Shown piece by piece: positions 32,730 to 45,129 of a stretch of 64,000 bases of DNA; within the stretch, counting starts at the first letter, position 1; every line of letters starts with the position of its first letter. The stretch is taken from positions 98,148,001 to 98,212,000 of the forward strand of contig NC_086107.1 of NCBI RefSeq assembly GCF_963921235.1, given 5' to 3'. Source of the DNA: Mobula hypostoma (Eukaryota). The notes beneath the pieces are model-generated. The model worked only from the letters and a program-made list of their open reading frames with translations. It had not been told where the DNA came from and made no database searches. Position numbers and translations under genes: made by a program.

Positions 32730-35456
32730 TTTGCGAGGGGGATGGGACCCAGAGCGATAGAGCAGTGAAAGAAGTGCATGGGGTAAAGCCAGATCTAACA
32801 TATAGAGAGGCTTTGAGGAAAGAGAAGCAGAATAAACGGTGTAAAGACAGTAAGGTAGAAGGGCTGAAGTGTGTGTACCTCAATGCAAGAAGCATCAGGA
32901 ACAAAGGTGATGAACTGAGAGCTTGGATACATACGTGGAATTATGATGTAGTGGCCATTACAGAGACTTGGCTGGCACCAGGGCAGGAATGGATACTGGG
33001 GGTATTCTATAGGCCTCCTGGTAGCAGCAGAGATACAGAGGAGCAGATTGGGAGGCAGATTTTGGAAAGGTGCAAAAATAACAGGGTTGTTATCATGGGT
33101 GACTTTAACTTCCCTAGTATTGATTGACACCTGATTAGTTCCAAGGGTTTAGATGGGGCAGAGTTTAAGTGTGTCCAGGATGGATTCCTGTCACAGTATG
33201 TGGACAGGCCGACCAGAGGGAATGCCGTACTAGATCTAGTACTAGGTAATGAACCGGGTCAGGTCACAGATCTCTCAGTGGGTGAGCATCTGGGGGACAG
33301 TGACCACCGCTCCCTGGCCTTTAGCATTAACATGGAAAAGGATAGAATCAGAGAGGACAGGAAAATTTTTAATTGGGGAAGAGCAAATTATGAGGCTATA
33401 AGGCTAGAACTTGCGGGTGTGAATTGGGATGATGTTTTTGCAGGGAAATGTACTATGGACATGTGGTCGATGTTCAGAGATCTCTTGCAGGATGTTAGGG
33501 ATAAATTTGTTCCGTTGAGGAAGATAAAGAATGGTAGGGTGAAGGAACCATGGGTGACAAGTGAGGTGGAAAATCTAGTCAGGTGGAAGAAGGCAGCATA
33601 CATGAGGTTTAGGAAGCAAGGATCAGATGGATCTATTAAGGAATATAGGGAAGCAAGAAGGGAGCTTAAGAAGGGGCTGAGAAGAGCAAGAAGGGGGCAT
33701 GAGAAGGCCTTGGCGAGTAGGGTAAAGGAAAACCCCAAGGCATTCTTCAATTATGTGAAGAAAAAAAGGATGACAGGAGTGAAGGTAGGACCGATTAGAG
33801 ATAAAGGTGGGAAGATGTGCCTGGAGGCTGTGGAAGTGAGCGAGGTCCTCAATGAATACTTCTGTTCGGTATTCACCAATGAGAGGGAACTTGATGATGG
33901 TGAGGACAATATGAGTGAGGTTGATGTTCTGGAGCATGTTGATATTAAGGGAGAGGAGGTGTTGGAGTTGTTAAAATACATTAGGACGGATAAGTCCCCG
34001 GGGCATGACTGAATATTCCCCAGGCTGCTCCACGAGGCGAACAAAGAGATTGCTGAGCCTCTGGCTAGGATCTTTATGTCCTCGTTGTCCACGGGAATGG
34101 TACCGGAGGATTGGAGGGAGGCGAATGTTGTCCCCTTGTTCAAAAAAGGTAGTAGGGATAGTCCGGGTAATTATAGATCAGTGAGCCTTACGTCTGTGGT
34201 GGGAAAGCTGTTGGAGAAGATTCTTAGAGATAGGATCTCTGGGCATTTAGAGAATCATGGTCTGATCAGGGACAGTCAGCATGGCTTTGTAAAGGGCAGA
34301 TCGTGTCTAACAAGCTTGATAGAGTTCTTTGAGGAGGTGACCAGGCATATAGATAAGGGTAGTGCAGTGGATGTGATCCATATGGATTTTAGTAAGGCAT
34401 TTGACAAGGTTCCCCATGGTAGGCTTATTCAGAAAGTCAGAAGGCATGGGATCCAGGGAAGTTTGGCCAGTTGGATTCAGAATTGGCTTGCCTGCAGAAG
34501 GCAGAGGGTGGTGGTGGAGGGAGTACATTCAGACTGGAGGATTGTGACTAGTGGTGTCCCACAAGGATCTGTTCTGGGACCTCTACTTTTTGTGATTTTT
34601 ATTAACGACCTGGATGTGGGGGTAGAAGGGTGGGTTGGCAAGTTTGCAGACGACACAAAGGTTGGTGGTGTTGTAGATAGTGTAGAGGATTGTCAAAGAT
34701 TGCAGAGAGACATTGATAGGATGCAGAAGTGGGCTGAGAAGTGGCAGATGGAGTTCAGATGGTACACTTTGGAAGGACAAACTCCAAGGCAGAGTACAAA
34801 GTAAATGGCAGGATACTTGGTAGTGTGGAGGAGCAGAGGGATCTCGGGGTACATGTCCACAGATCCCAGAAAATTGCCTCACAGGTGGATAGGGTAGTTA
34901 AGAAAGCTTATTGGGAGTTAGCTTTCATAAGTCGAGGGATAGAGTTTAAGAGTCGCGATGTAATGATGCAGCTCTATAAAACTCTGGTTAGGCCACACTT
35001 GGAGTACTGTGTCCAGTTCTGGTCGCCTCACTATAGGGAGGATGTGGAAGCATTGGAAAGGGTACAGAGGAGATTTACCAGAATGCTGCCTGGTTTAGAG
35101 AGTATGCATTATGATCAGAGATTAAGGGAGCTAGGGCTTTACTCTTTGGAGAGAAGGAGGATGAGAGGAGACATGATAGAGGTGTACAAGATAATAAGAG
35201 GAATAGATAGGTGGATAGCCAGCGCCTCTTCCCCAGGGCACCACTGCTCAATACAAGAGGACATGGCTTTAAGGTAAGGGGTGGGAAGTTCAAGGGGGAT
35301 ATTAGAGGAAGGTTTTTTACTCAGAGAGTGGTTGGTGCGTGGAATGCACTGCCTGAGTCAGTGGTGGAGGCAGATACACTAGTGAAGTTTAAGAGACTAC
35401 TAGACAGGTATATGGAGGAATTTAAGGTGGGGGCTTATATGGGAGGCGGGGTTTGA
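32720..35456 (+). pseudogene. CR1 ORF2 (APE + RT), disrupted
   Basis: [33 protein letters not shown] and KFADD. Stops at ~33125 and ~34010, an internal deletion at ~32995 and several frameshifts. Confidence 0.9.
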
Positions 35457-36129
35457 GGGTCGGCACAATATTGTGGGCTGAAGGGCCTGTACTGTGCTGT
35501 ACTATTCTATGTTCTATGTTCTAAGTCATTCCTGCCTGTGGCCATCAAACTTTACAACTCCTCCCTTGGAGGGTCAGACACCCTGAGCCAATAGGCTGAT
35601 CCTGGACTTATTTCCTGGCGTAAGTTACATATTACTATTTAATTATTTATGGTGCAACTGTAATGAAAACCAATTTCCCTCGGGATCAATAAAGTATGAC
35701 CATGACTATGACTAAGGAACGGGGGTATGAACAAGGCCACAGAGAAAGTGGAAGGAAGACCAGGACAAGGGGGTTGAAGCATATCAGGTCCAGAGTGTGG
35801 ATGAGGAGAGGATGTCTCCTCTGTGGGAGAATGAGAACTAGGGCTTACTGCTTAAGGAAAAAGGACACCATTTTTCTCAGAGGGTTGGTAGTCTACTTTC
35901 CTTCAGAGGGCAAGGAAGGGTGAGTCACCGTCTAGTTCTACAGCAGATGTTGGTGGATGTTTGATAAACAAGAGGATGGAAAGATTATCTGGCTGAGTGG
36001 AGCTGATGTTGCAGTCAGAGATGTCCAATATGGAGATGAGCCCTTTGGCCCACTGGGTCTGTGCAAGCCATCAAGAACCCACTTGCTCTCATCCTGCACT
36101 TACCCTGTTCAATCACCACCCCCCCTTCA

Positions 36130-36320
36130 CCTACCTGTACTCAGAAGAATTAGTCCACCGACCAGTGTGTTCTTAGGGTGAGAGAGGGAACCAGAGTATT
36201 CAGAGGAAATCCGCGTGGTAACAGGGAGAACGGGAAAACTCCACACAGGCAGTACCAGAGTTCAGGATCGAACCGGGGTCTCTGGAGCTGTGGTGCAGCA
36301 GAGCTAACCACTGTTCTGCT
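36130..36320 (-). mobile_element. Degenerate V-SINE
   Basis: Antisense V-domain and CCCCGGTTCGATCCTGA B box. Confidence 0.6.
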
Positions 36321-36519
36321 GGACCACCCTGACCCAGGCTTTACTGAGGGGGGTGGGTGGGAGCAGTCTTCTGTCGGGAGCAAGTTCCTGGTGGGAAATT
36401 TGAGGACTGCAGGTCCCTGCTGGCTGAGAAGCTTCTCTCTCAGTGACATTCACAGCAAACCCAGCAGGCAGTGTGGCTGAGAATGAGTGACGTGCTGCCG
36501 CCTGTACTCAGAGCCGCTC

Positions 36520-37655
36520 CTGTATCCAGCACAGTGAGCAGGGCTGCTGGGACACAGAGTGGTTCCCAGCACAGTGAGCAGGGCTGCTGGGACACAGAGT
36601 GGTTCCCAGCCCAGTGAGAGGGGCTGCTGGGATACAGAGTGGTTCCCAGCACAGTGAGCAGGGCTGCTGGGATACAGAGCTGTTCCCAGCATAGTGAGCA
36701 GGGCTGCTGGGAAACAGAGCGGTTCCCAGCCCAGTGAGAGGGGCTGCTGGGATACAGAGCGGTTCCCAGCACAGAGCCATTTCCCAGCATAGTGAGCAGG
36801 GCTTCTGGGTTACAGAGCGGTTCCCAGCACAGTGAGGGGGGCTGCTGGGATACAGAGTGGTTCCCAGTCCAGTGAGAGGGGCTGCTGGGATACAGAGTGG
36901 TTCTCAGCACAGAGCTGTTCCCTACACAGTGAGCAGGGCTGCTGGGACACAGAGCAGTTCCCAGCTCAGCGAGAGAGTCTGCTGGGATACAGAATGGTTC
37001 CCAGCACAGTGAGCAGGGTTGCTGGGATATAGAGCAGTTCCCAGCTCAGTGAGAGAGGCTGCTGGGATACAGAGCTGTTCCCAGCTCAGTGAGGGGGGCT
37101 GCTGGGATACAGAGTTGTTCCCAGCACAGTGAGAGGGGCTGCTGGAATATAGAGTGATTCCCAGCACAGTGAGCAGGGCTGCTGGGATACAGAGCTGTTT
37201 CCAGTACAGTGAGCGGGGCTGCTGGGACACAGAGAAGTTCCCAACACGGTGAGCGGGGCTGCTGGGACACAGCGGTTCCCAGCACAGTGAGGGGGGCTGC
37301 TGGGATACAGAGCTGTTCCCAGCACAGTGAGGGGGGCTGCTGGGATACAGAGTTGTTCCCAGCACAGTGAGAGGGGCTGCTGGAATATAGAGTGATTCCC
37401 AGCACAGTGAGCAGGGCTGCTGGGATACAGAGCTGTTCCCAGCACAGTGAGGGGGGCTGCTGGGATACAGAGTTGTTCCCAGCACAGTGAGCAGGGCTGC
37501 TGGGATACAGAGCTGTTTCCAGTACAGTGAGCGGGGCTGCTGGAATATAGAGTGATTCCCAGTACAGTGAGCGGGGCTGCTGGGACACAGAGAAGTTCCC
37601 AACACGGTGAGCGGGGCTGCTGGGACACAGAGCGGTTCCCAGCGCAGTGAGCCGG
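36520..37655. repeat. 40-bp minisatellite with internal hairpin
   Basis: Unit CAGTGAGCAGGGCTGCTGGGATACAGAGCTGTTCCCAGCA, about 27 units. Confidence 0.95.
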
Positions 37656-37924
37656 GGAGGGGATGGGGGAGTTGTGGGGTGACAGGGAGTTCATGGCAGT
37701 GATGAGTCAGGGGTGAGGCCGCTGAGGAATGTTGTGTTTTCACGCTGCCTCTGCCTCTGCACCTGGACAGACAGCACTCAGACAAGATGACATCATGCAG
37801 CACTGATCTCACCAGCAGAGCTGAGACTGCCGGCCAATGATTAACTCGGGAGCACATTCCAATGCAGTAATCTCTCCTGTCCCCGCATCACCGACTGCAA
37901 ACAACCTCAGGAACACACTGAAAT

Positions 37925-38160
37925 GGAGAGAGACAGACAGAGGTGCAGAGAGAGAGAGACAGGGAGGGAGGGAGGGAGAAGCAAGTAACAGGGACAGACA
38001 TGGGCAGAAAGAGATTGAAAGGTATTGAGAGGCACAGGGTGAATGGAGGAACAGGCAGGGGAGGGGAGAGAAGTTAAAAGAGGGGCAGAGGGAGAATAGA
38101 GAGGCCAGAAACGGGGAGAGGAAGGAGGGCAGAGAGAAGCACAGATGGAGAAGGGGGGAC
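37925..38160 (+). repeat. GA-rich low-complexity tract
   Basis: Direct reading. Confidence 0.8.
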
Positions 38161-38694
38161 ATAGGTCCGCAGAGCGGGGTGCTGAAGCACAGCGGAATCT
38201 GAGCACGCAGACTTTGGCGACGATACGCGGATGGGGATTGCGAGCTGATTGGTGGACGGGAACCAGTGCAGCTAAGGGGCCCTTTCTCAGAATCGACGTC
38301 TGAATCAGAATCAGGTTTTCTACTTCCAAAGCGGGTGACCTCAAATCTTTCCGCACCAGCTGCTGTGTCATTGACCACACTTCTGTCTCCCCGCAAAGCT
38401 TTCACAATTCACATTGCATCATCAGTAAACTCGGGTATTGCCTTTCTCAGTCAAGTCGCTGACGGAGATTGTGGGCACCGGGCACCCTGCAGACCGTGCT
38501 GGGAGAGATGCAGTGGAGATTCACCGGGACGTTACCTGGGATGAAGTTTTTCTGTTGTGGGACTGTTCACACCCTAGAGGAAGAGGCTACCTTTACTGAG
38601 GGGGTATAGAGTGGGTAGCTTGCAGGAAACATTTCCTTGTATCAGAGATAGATAAGACAAGAGAGCATAGATTTAAGACGGGGGGGAAGAGATT

Positions 38695-38945
38695 GTATTT
38701 ATTTATTTATTTACTGAGATACAGAGCAGAATTGGCCTTTCCAGCCCCCGAGTCTCACTGTCCAGCAATCCCCGATATAACCCTGGTCTAATCATGAGAC
38801 AATTTACAATGACCAATCAACCTACCAATCGGTACGTCTTTGGACTGTGGGGAGAACGTACAAACTCCTTACAGACGGCGACGGGAATTGAACCCGGGTC
38901 GCTGGCACGGTAAGGCGCCGTGCTAACCGCTACGCTGCCGTGCCG
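38695..38945 (-). mobile_element. V-SINE with (AAAT)n tail
   Basis: Minus head GCGGCACGGCAGCGTAGCGGTTAGCACGG...CCCGGGTTCAATTCCCG, then CCACAGTCCAAAGACGTACC. Confidence 0.8.
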
Positions 38946-40019
38946 CCCCCCCCCCCAATCTGAGAACCGTCCGAGGGGGACCTTATTTCACCCAGGCAGT
39001 GGTGAGGAAAGGACCTGGAATAGACTACCTGAGGAGGTGCTGGAAGTGGCAGTGCTTAAGAGAAATTTATATCACTTGAAGCACTAAGGCAGAGACGGAG
39101 ATGGTCAAGGGCCTGAACATGGAACAGATGGTGGTCTCGAGTCAGCACAGACATTGTTGGCCGAGTGGCCTGTTTCCATGCTCTGCGACTCTATGATGCT
39201 CTGGATTACATAATTTGTTTTTCAAAGATAATGGCTTTCATGGACAACTGAACAGAAAATAAGATAACGGTAAGGCCAGTCAGTGAAGGCACAAACTCAC
39301 AGCCAACAACCGTGAAATGAGAGGAATACTGAACAATTATTCTGCTTTGTTATTTACCAAGGAGATGACATTAGAGGAGATAGAATCAAGAGAGATAATT
39401 GCTAATTAAGTCTAATTTAGAGAGGTTTTACTCTGTCATCTGAGTTAATCATCGCATATTAAAATGCAGAGGCTTTGATTAAAGAGATCACGAAGGAAGG
39501 AAACTGGGCAGAGGATGAAGATCAGTTGACAGTAAATGTTACCCCGATTTGTAAAAAAGCCAGGAAACTTTGGATCAGTTCCCTCAAGTCAGTGGTGGGA
39601 GCAACAATGGAGTTTTTACTCACAGATAAATATAGATCTTTTCTGGTGACAGGACAAGTTGATAACGTTGTTAAAATAGCACACTGAATTGTTGGCTTTA
39701 TTAATAAGGACTGGAATAGAAAGCCGAGGAAGTTATTTTTAGCCTTTGTGAGTCGCTGTTTGGCCCCTTAGTGAAAGCATTGTGTCGGATTTATTGTGTT
39801 GAAGGAAAGATTACAAAGATTTGGTGAGAGTGTAGACAACTGTCCCAGTTTATCTTTTTATCTCATTCAACTTGTTTTCTGATATTGTGTCATCACAGCA
39901 TCACCTTAACCAAAGCCAGATGCAACATACTCATTCAATAAACAGCCAAGATATTATTCCCCTTTACGGAAAAGGCCTACAAGGAATTTAACTTAAAGTA
40001 AGTAGGATAATGTTTCCAT

Positions 40020-40350
40020 TTGGGTGGCGGGATGGAGGTGCGTCTCTCCTTCCATCCGCTAGCCTGCAGGTCATCCTTGGGCAAGGTGTAGCATCCATTT
40101 ACATGAAAGGTAATGTGATGGGCAGCTGGTGCCCATCACAAGTCCTGGTTACCCGACCACCGATGCCAGGCAGGCAATCTCTGAAGAGTATTGATAATGG
40201 CTGGGGTCACCCATCCTGTGAAGACACTGCCCAGAAGAAGGCGATGGCAAACCACTTCTGTAGAAGAATTTGCCAAGAACAATCATGGTCATGGAAAGGC
40301 CATGATTGCCCACCGCGTACAACACTGCACATAACGAATGAATGAATGTT
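40020..40350 (+). mobile_element. RTE-tailed SINE-like element
   Basis: Same family as 19010-19385. (GAAT)n tail. Confidence 0.7.
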
Positions 40351-40424
40351 TCCATTGGTAAGTGTTGGTAACCCCAGGGTTCACAGGCCCAGAAGAATCA
40401 GGGGGAGAGAGACAGAAACCTGCT

Positions 40425-42900
40425 TGAGACACAGGAGATTCTGCAAATGCTGGAACACACACACAAAATGCTGAAGGAACTCAGGCCAGACAGTATCTTT
40501 GGAAGGAATTGGACAGTGGACATTTCGGGCCGAGATCCTTCATCAGGACGGGCAAGGAAGAGGGAAGAGGCCAGAATATGAAAGGGACAAGAGGGAAAGG
40601 AGTACAAGCTGGCAGGTGGTAGGTGAGGAGGGTGATGCGATAATAAATTTAACTTTGAACTTTGAAGCTGGGGGGTGATGGAGGGAAGAGGTAAAGGGCT
40701 GAAGAAGAAGGAGAGGAAAGTAGATCATGGAATAAAGGGAAGGAGGTGAGGAATCAAAGGGAGAGGATGGGCAGGTGGGGGAGAAGGGTGAGAGGGGAAG
40801 CAGAATGGGGAATGGAAAAAGAGAGAAGAAAGAGTGGGGTTTCAGGAAAAAGAGGTGAGTGGTTACTGGAAGTTGGAGAAATTCATGTTCACACCGTCAA
40901 GTTGGAGACTCTCCAGAGTGAATATTGTGCATGAGTTTGTCCTCCTCATGGCAGTAGAGGAGACCACGGACAGACAGGTTGGTGTACAAATGGGAAGCTG
41001 AATTGAAACTGGTGGCCACCGGAAGGTGCTGGCTGTTGCAGCGGACAGAGCGAAAGTGCTCGACAAAGCCACCCCATCAACTTGCGTCGAGTCTCACCGA
41101 CTGCAAGGAGGCCGCACCAGGAGCACCAGATATAATAAATAACCCCGACGGACTCGCTGGGGAAGTGTTGAGGGTCCTGAATGGTGGTGAGGAAATGAAG
41201 TGTAGGGGTGTTATAGCATTTGTCACAGCTGTGGGGGTAAGTGACAGACGGGAGATCAGTCACGTAGAAAGTGATCCCTTCACTCAACTTCATTAACCCC
41301 AACCTGAACTATTCTCACGACCTATGGACTCACTTTCTCTTCATCTCAGGTTCTCAATATTTATTTATTACGATTATTTTCTTTTCTTTTCCTTCGGTAT
41401 TTTCACAGTTTGTGGTCTTTTGCACATTGGTTGTTTGCCTATATCTTAGTGTGTGGTTTTTCATTGATTCTATTGCGCTTCTTTGCATTTACTGTGAATG
41501 CCCACAAGAAAATGAATCTCAGGGTTGTATACGGTGACAGATATGTACTTTGATATTACATTTATGTTGAACTTTAATCCTGAGGGAAATCACAGGTGGT
41601 CGGGTGGCGGGGGTGAGGGACAGGAAAGATTAGATTATGAGAACACTCAGTCCTCTTTTATTGTCATTTAGAAATGCATACATGCATTAAGAAATGACAC
41701 AATGTTTCTCCAGAGTGATATCACAGAAAACAGGACAAACCAAAGACTAACACTGACAGAACCACATAATTGTAACATATAGTTACAGCAGTGCAAAGCA
41801 ATACCATAATTTGATGAAGAGCAGACCATGGGCATGGTAATAAAAGTCTCAAAGTCCCGAGTCGATCGACTCCCGAGTCCCCGATAGCAGGCGGCAAAAG
41901 GGAGAAACTCCCTGCCATAAACCTCCAGGCACCATCAACTTGCCGATGCCTTGGAAGCAGCCGACCACAGCCGACACCCGAATCCATCCGTCCGAAAACT
42001 TCGAGCTTCTGACCAGCCTCTCCAATACAGCCTCCCGAGCGCCATCCTCTGCCGAGCGCCTTCGTCCTAGCCCCGGCTGCTGAAACAAGCAAAGCCAAGG
42101 ATTCGGGGCCTTCTGCTCCGGAGATTCCGGTTACCACACAGTAGCAGCGGCAGCAAAGCGGGCATGTCGGAAGTTTTCCAGATGTTCCTCCGTGCTCTCA
42201 CGCCCGTCTCCATCAAATCAGAGTTGTGCACGGTCCCCTACTTGACAGATTACAGATATCATTCACCGGAGAGGCCGCGCGTGCTGCCGTCGTCCCGCCA
42301 TCTTCTTCTCCTCTCCTTACGAGATGTGCATGCTGGTAAGATCCCACTGGAGATGGTGGAAGTTATGGAGAAGGATGTGCTGGATACGGGAGCCTGGGGG
42401 AGGCAGGTAAACTTACCCCATTCTATCGGGGGAATAGAGGAGATGTGGGTGAGGGTGGCATTGATCCTGTTGGAAGGAAATCCAGTTCTCTAAAAAAAAG
42501 AGGACACCTCAAACATTCTGGAACAGGAAGCCTCATCCTGATAACAGATGTGGCAGAGATGTAGCAACTGAGAGAGGGAGTGGTAATTTTAACAACTGAC
42601 AGGGTGACTAGAGGTACGGTCAAGATAACTGTGGGGGTCAGTGGGCTTGTAATCTGTCTCCGGAGATAGGGATAGAGGGATCAAGAAAGGGGAGAGAGGT
42701 ATCGGAGATGGATCAAGTAAATTTGAGGAAAGGGTGGATGCTGGAGGCAATGTTGATGGAATTGGTGAGCTCAGCACGGGTGCAGGAAGCAGCACCAATG
42801 CAGCTGTCAACGCAGCGCAGAGTTGGGGAGCGTTGAAAGAGAAATTGTTGAGAGGTACTAGTCTCGCCAGATGAAGGAGGGTGGTGAATCTGTTTGGGAT
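40425..42900 (-). mobile_element. Decayed Penelope-like element (RT + GIY-YIG), interrupted at ~41280-42317
   Basis: Minus frames GVIYYIWCSWCGLLAVGETRR (GIY-YIG), DYKPTDPHSYLD and LVPLNNFSFN (PLE RT). Degenerate hammerhead at 40514-40550. Confidence 0.75.
41627..42317 (-). mobile_element. Non-autonomous ~690-bp retroelement (5' AAGATGGCG, (AATCT)n tail)
   Basis: Second copy at 59839-60515. Confidence 0.75.
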
Positions 42901-43074
42901 CACTGAGAGCTGCAGACAAGGTATCGTTAAATATATTGATGCACATTGAGGTGGACAAATCCCCAAGGTCTAATAAAATCTAGAGCAGAGTGTTATAGGG
43001 AGGAAGGAAGGCGATTTCTGGGGCTCTGAAGGAAATTTTTGCATCATCTTTGTCTATACTGGAGGAAGCTAATA

Positions 43075-43530
43075 GGATTTAGGAATTAGGAAACAGGAAA
43101 TAGAAGCAGGAGTCGGCCATCTGGCCTGTCAAACCTGCTCTGCCATTCAATAAGATCATGGCTGATCTAGCCATGGACTCATCTCCACCCAACTGTCTTT
43201 TCCCGATTACCCTTATTTCCCCTACTATGCAAAAATCTATCCAACCTTGTCTTAAATATATTTACTGAGGTAGCCTCCACTGCTTCGTTGGGCAGAGAAT
43301 TCCACAGGTTCACCATTCTCTGGGAAAAACAGTTCCTCCTCATCTCTGTCCTAAATCCACTCCCCCGAATCTTGAGGCTACGTCCCCTAGTTCTAGTCTC
43401 ACCTACCAGTGGAAACTACTTTCCTGCCTCTGCCTTATCCATCCCTTTCATAATTTTATATGTCTCTAGATGATCTCCTCTCATTCTTCTGAGTTCCAGT
43501 GAGTACAATCCCAGGCAACTCAATCTCTCT
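43075..43530 (-). mobile_element. CR1 3' end
   Basis: Similar to 49555-50000. Confidence 0.8.
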
Positions 43531-43929
43531 AATTTGTTATCATATGGAACAGGAAGTAGGGATAACTCAGTAAACCGCAGGTTGCTGACCCTTGTGACTA
43601 GAGGGAGGAAACTACTGGAAAATATTCTTAAGGATGGGATTTACGTCCACTTGGAAAGACAGGGACTGATTAGGGAATTCATCTTGGTATTGTGACTCAC
43701 GCTGATTTGAGTGTATTTCTATGTTACATTGACTGTTCTATTTATTATAAATTACTATGATTGCACATTGCACATTTGGACAGAGACGCAATGTAAAGAG
43801 TTTTACTCCTCATGTATGTGAAGGATGTAAGAAATAAAATCAATTCAATTCAATTCGTAGGAAACCGTGCCCCTTGATTCTGACTTTTTTTAAGAGGAGG
43901 TTACTCAGAAAATTTTGAAGGCAATGTGG

Positions 43930-44635
43930 TAGGCAGGGTGTACAGTATATTTGTACAGATAGAGTGTACAGTATATTTGTATAGGCAGGGTGTACAGTAT
44001 ATTTGTATAGATAGAGTGTACAGTATATTTGTATAGGCAGGGTGTACAGTATATTTGTACAGATAGAGTGTACAGTATATTTGTATAGGCAGGGTGTACA
44101 GTATATTTGTACAGATAGAGTGTACAGTACATTTGTATAGGTGGGTGTACAGTATATTTGTATAGTTGGGTGGACAGTACATTTGTACAGGCAGGGTGTA
44201 CAGTATATTTGTACAGATAGAGTGTATAGTATATTTGTATAGGCAGGGTGTACAGTACATTTGTACAGGGAGGGAGTACAGTATATTTGTACAGGCAGGG
44301 TGTACAGTATATTTGTACAGATAGAGTGTACAGTATATTTGTATAGGCAGGGTGTACAGTATACTTGTATAGGTGGGTGGACAGTACAATTGTACAGGCA
44401 GGGTGTACAGTATATTTGTACAGGGAGGGTGTACCGTACATTTGTACAGGAGAGGGGGTACAGTACATTTGTATAGGGAGGGTGTACAGTATATTTGTAT
44501 AGATGGGTGTACAGTACATTTGTATGTGTAGGGTGTACAGTATATTTGTATAGGCAGGGTGTACAGTATATTTGTACAGGCAGGGTGTACAGTATATTTG
44601 TACAGAGTGGGTGTACAGTATATTTGTATAGATAG
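43930..44635. repeat. 26-bp minisatellite (GGGTGTACAGTATATTTGTATAGGCA)
   Basis: About 27 units with alternating AGGCAGG/AGATAGA variants in the left part. Confidence 0.95.
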
Positions 44636-45065
44636 GAAGCCTAGGTCTTCTGCACAGTACTGTAGTAATTTTATGTATTGCACTGTACTGCTGTCACAAA
44701 AAAAATTAAATTTTATGACACGTGAGTGATGGTAAACCTGATTCTGTTATGGGTCTCTGTCATGGACTGAGAGTGGGAAGGGGGCAGGGAGAGGGGAATT
44801 GTGATTGGAAAAAGGGGAGGAGAGAGGGGAGGGAGCAGGAAGCACCAGAGAGACATTCTGTAATGACCAATAAACCAGTTGCTTGGAATCAGATGACCTT
44901 GCCCGGGGTGTCTCAGGGCTGGGTTTGTCTTCACCCACACCACCCCCTACCACTGACACTCCTTCTCTGCCACCTGCCTCCTGTGGCATTCCACCCTCAC
45001 CATTTCCAACATCCTTTGCTCTCGCCAGATTTACAAACTCACTCTCCGCTCCACGTTGACAAATA

Positions 45066-45129
45066 CAGTTCTGTGCAAAAGTCTTAGGCGCCCTGGCTAT
45101 ATACGTGTGCCTAAGACTGTTGCATAGTG
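45066..45129. mobile_element. Tc1/mariner-type mini-MITE with TA TSD
   Basis: TA-CAGTTCTGTGCAAAAGTCTTAGGCGC...GTGCCTAAGACTGTTGCATAGTG-TA. An orphan related TIR lies at 44639-44662. Confidence 0.7.

Larger units (their letters stand above)
31674..35522 (+). mobile_element. Near-full-length CR1 LINE (second lineage), TSD AAGT
   Basis: 5' UTR, ORF1, ORF2 and (TTCTATG)n tail. AAGT at 31670-31673 and 35523-35526. Confidence 0.92.
30960..35715 (+). mobile_element. Rex1/Babar LINE 3' portion, split by a CR1 (parts 30960-31673 and 35523-35715)
   Basis: FSDDSAIVG, LQLNVKKTKEL and YKYLG. The frame ...TERHRK resumes as KSFLPVAIKLYNS after the insert. (ATGACT)n tail. Confidence 0.9.

Noticed and set aside
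36520..37655. CRISPR-like array of palindromic repeats
   Set aside because: Units are contiguous with no unique spacers, there are no cas genes, and the context is vertebrate.
43901..44683. 260-aa Tyr/Cys-rich ORF
   Set aside because: Translation of a 26-bp satellite.
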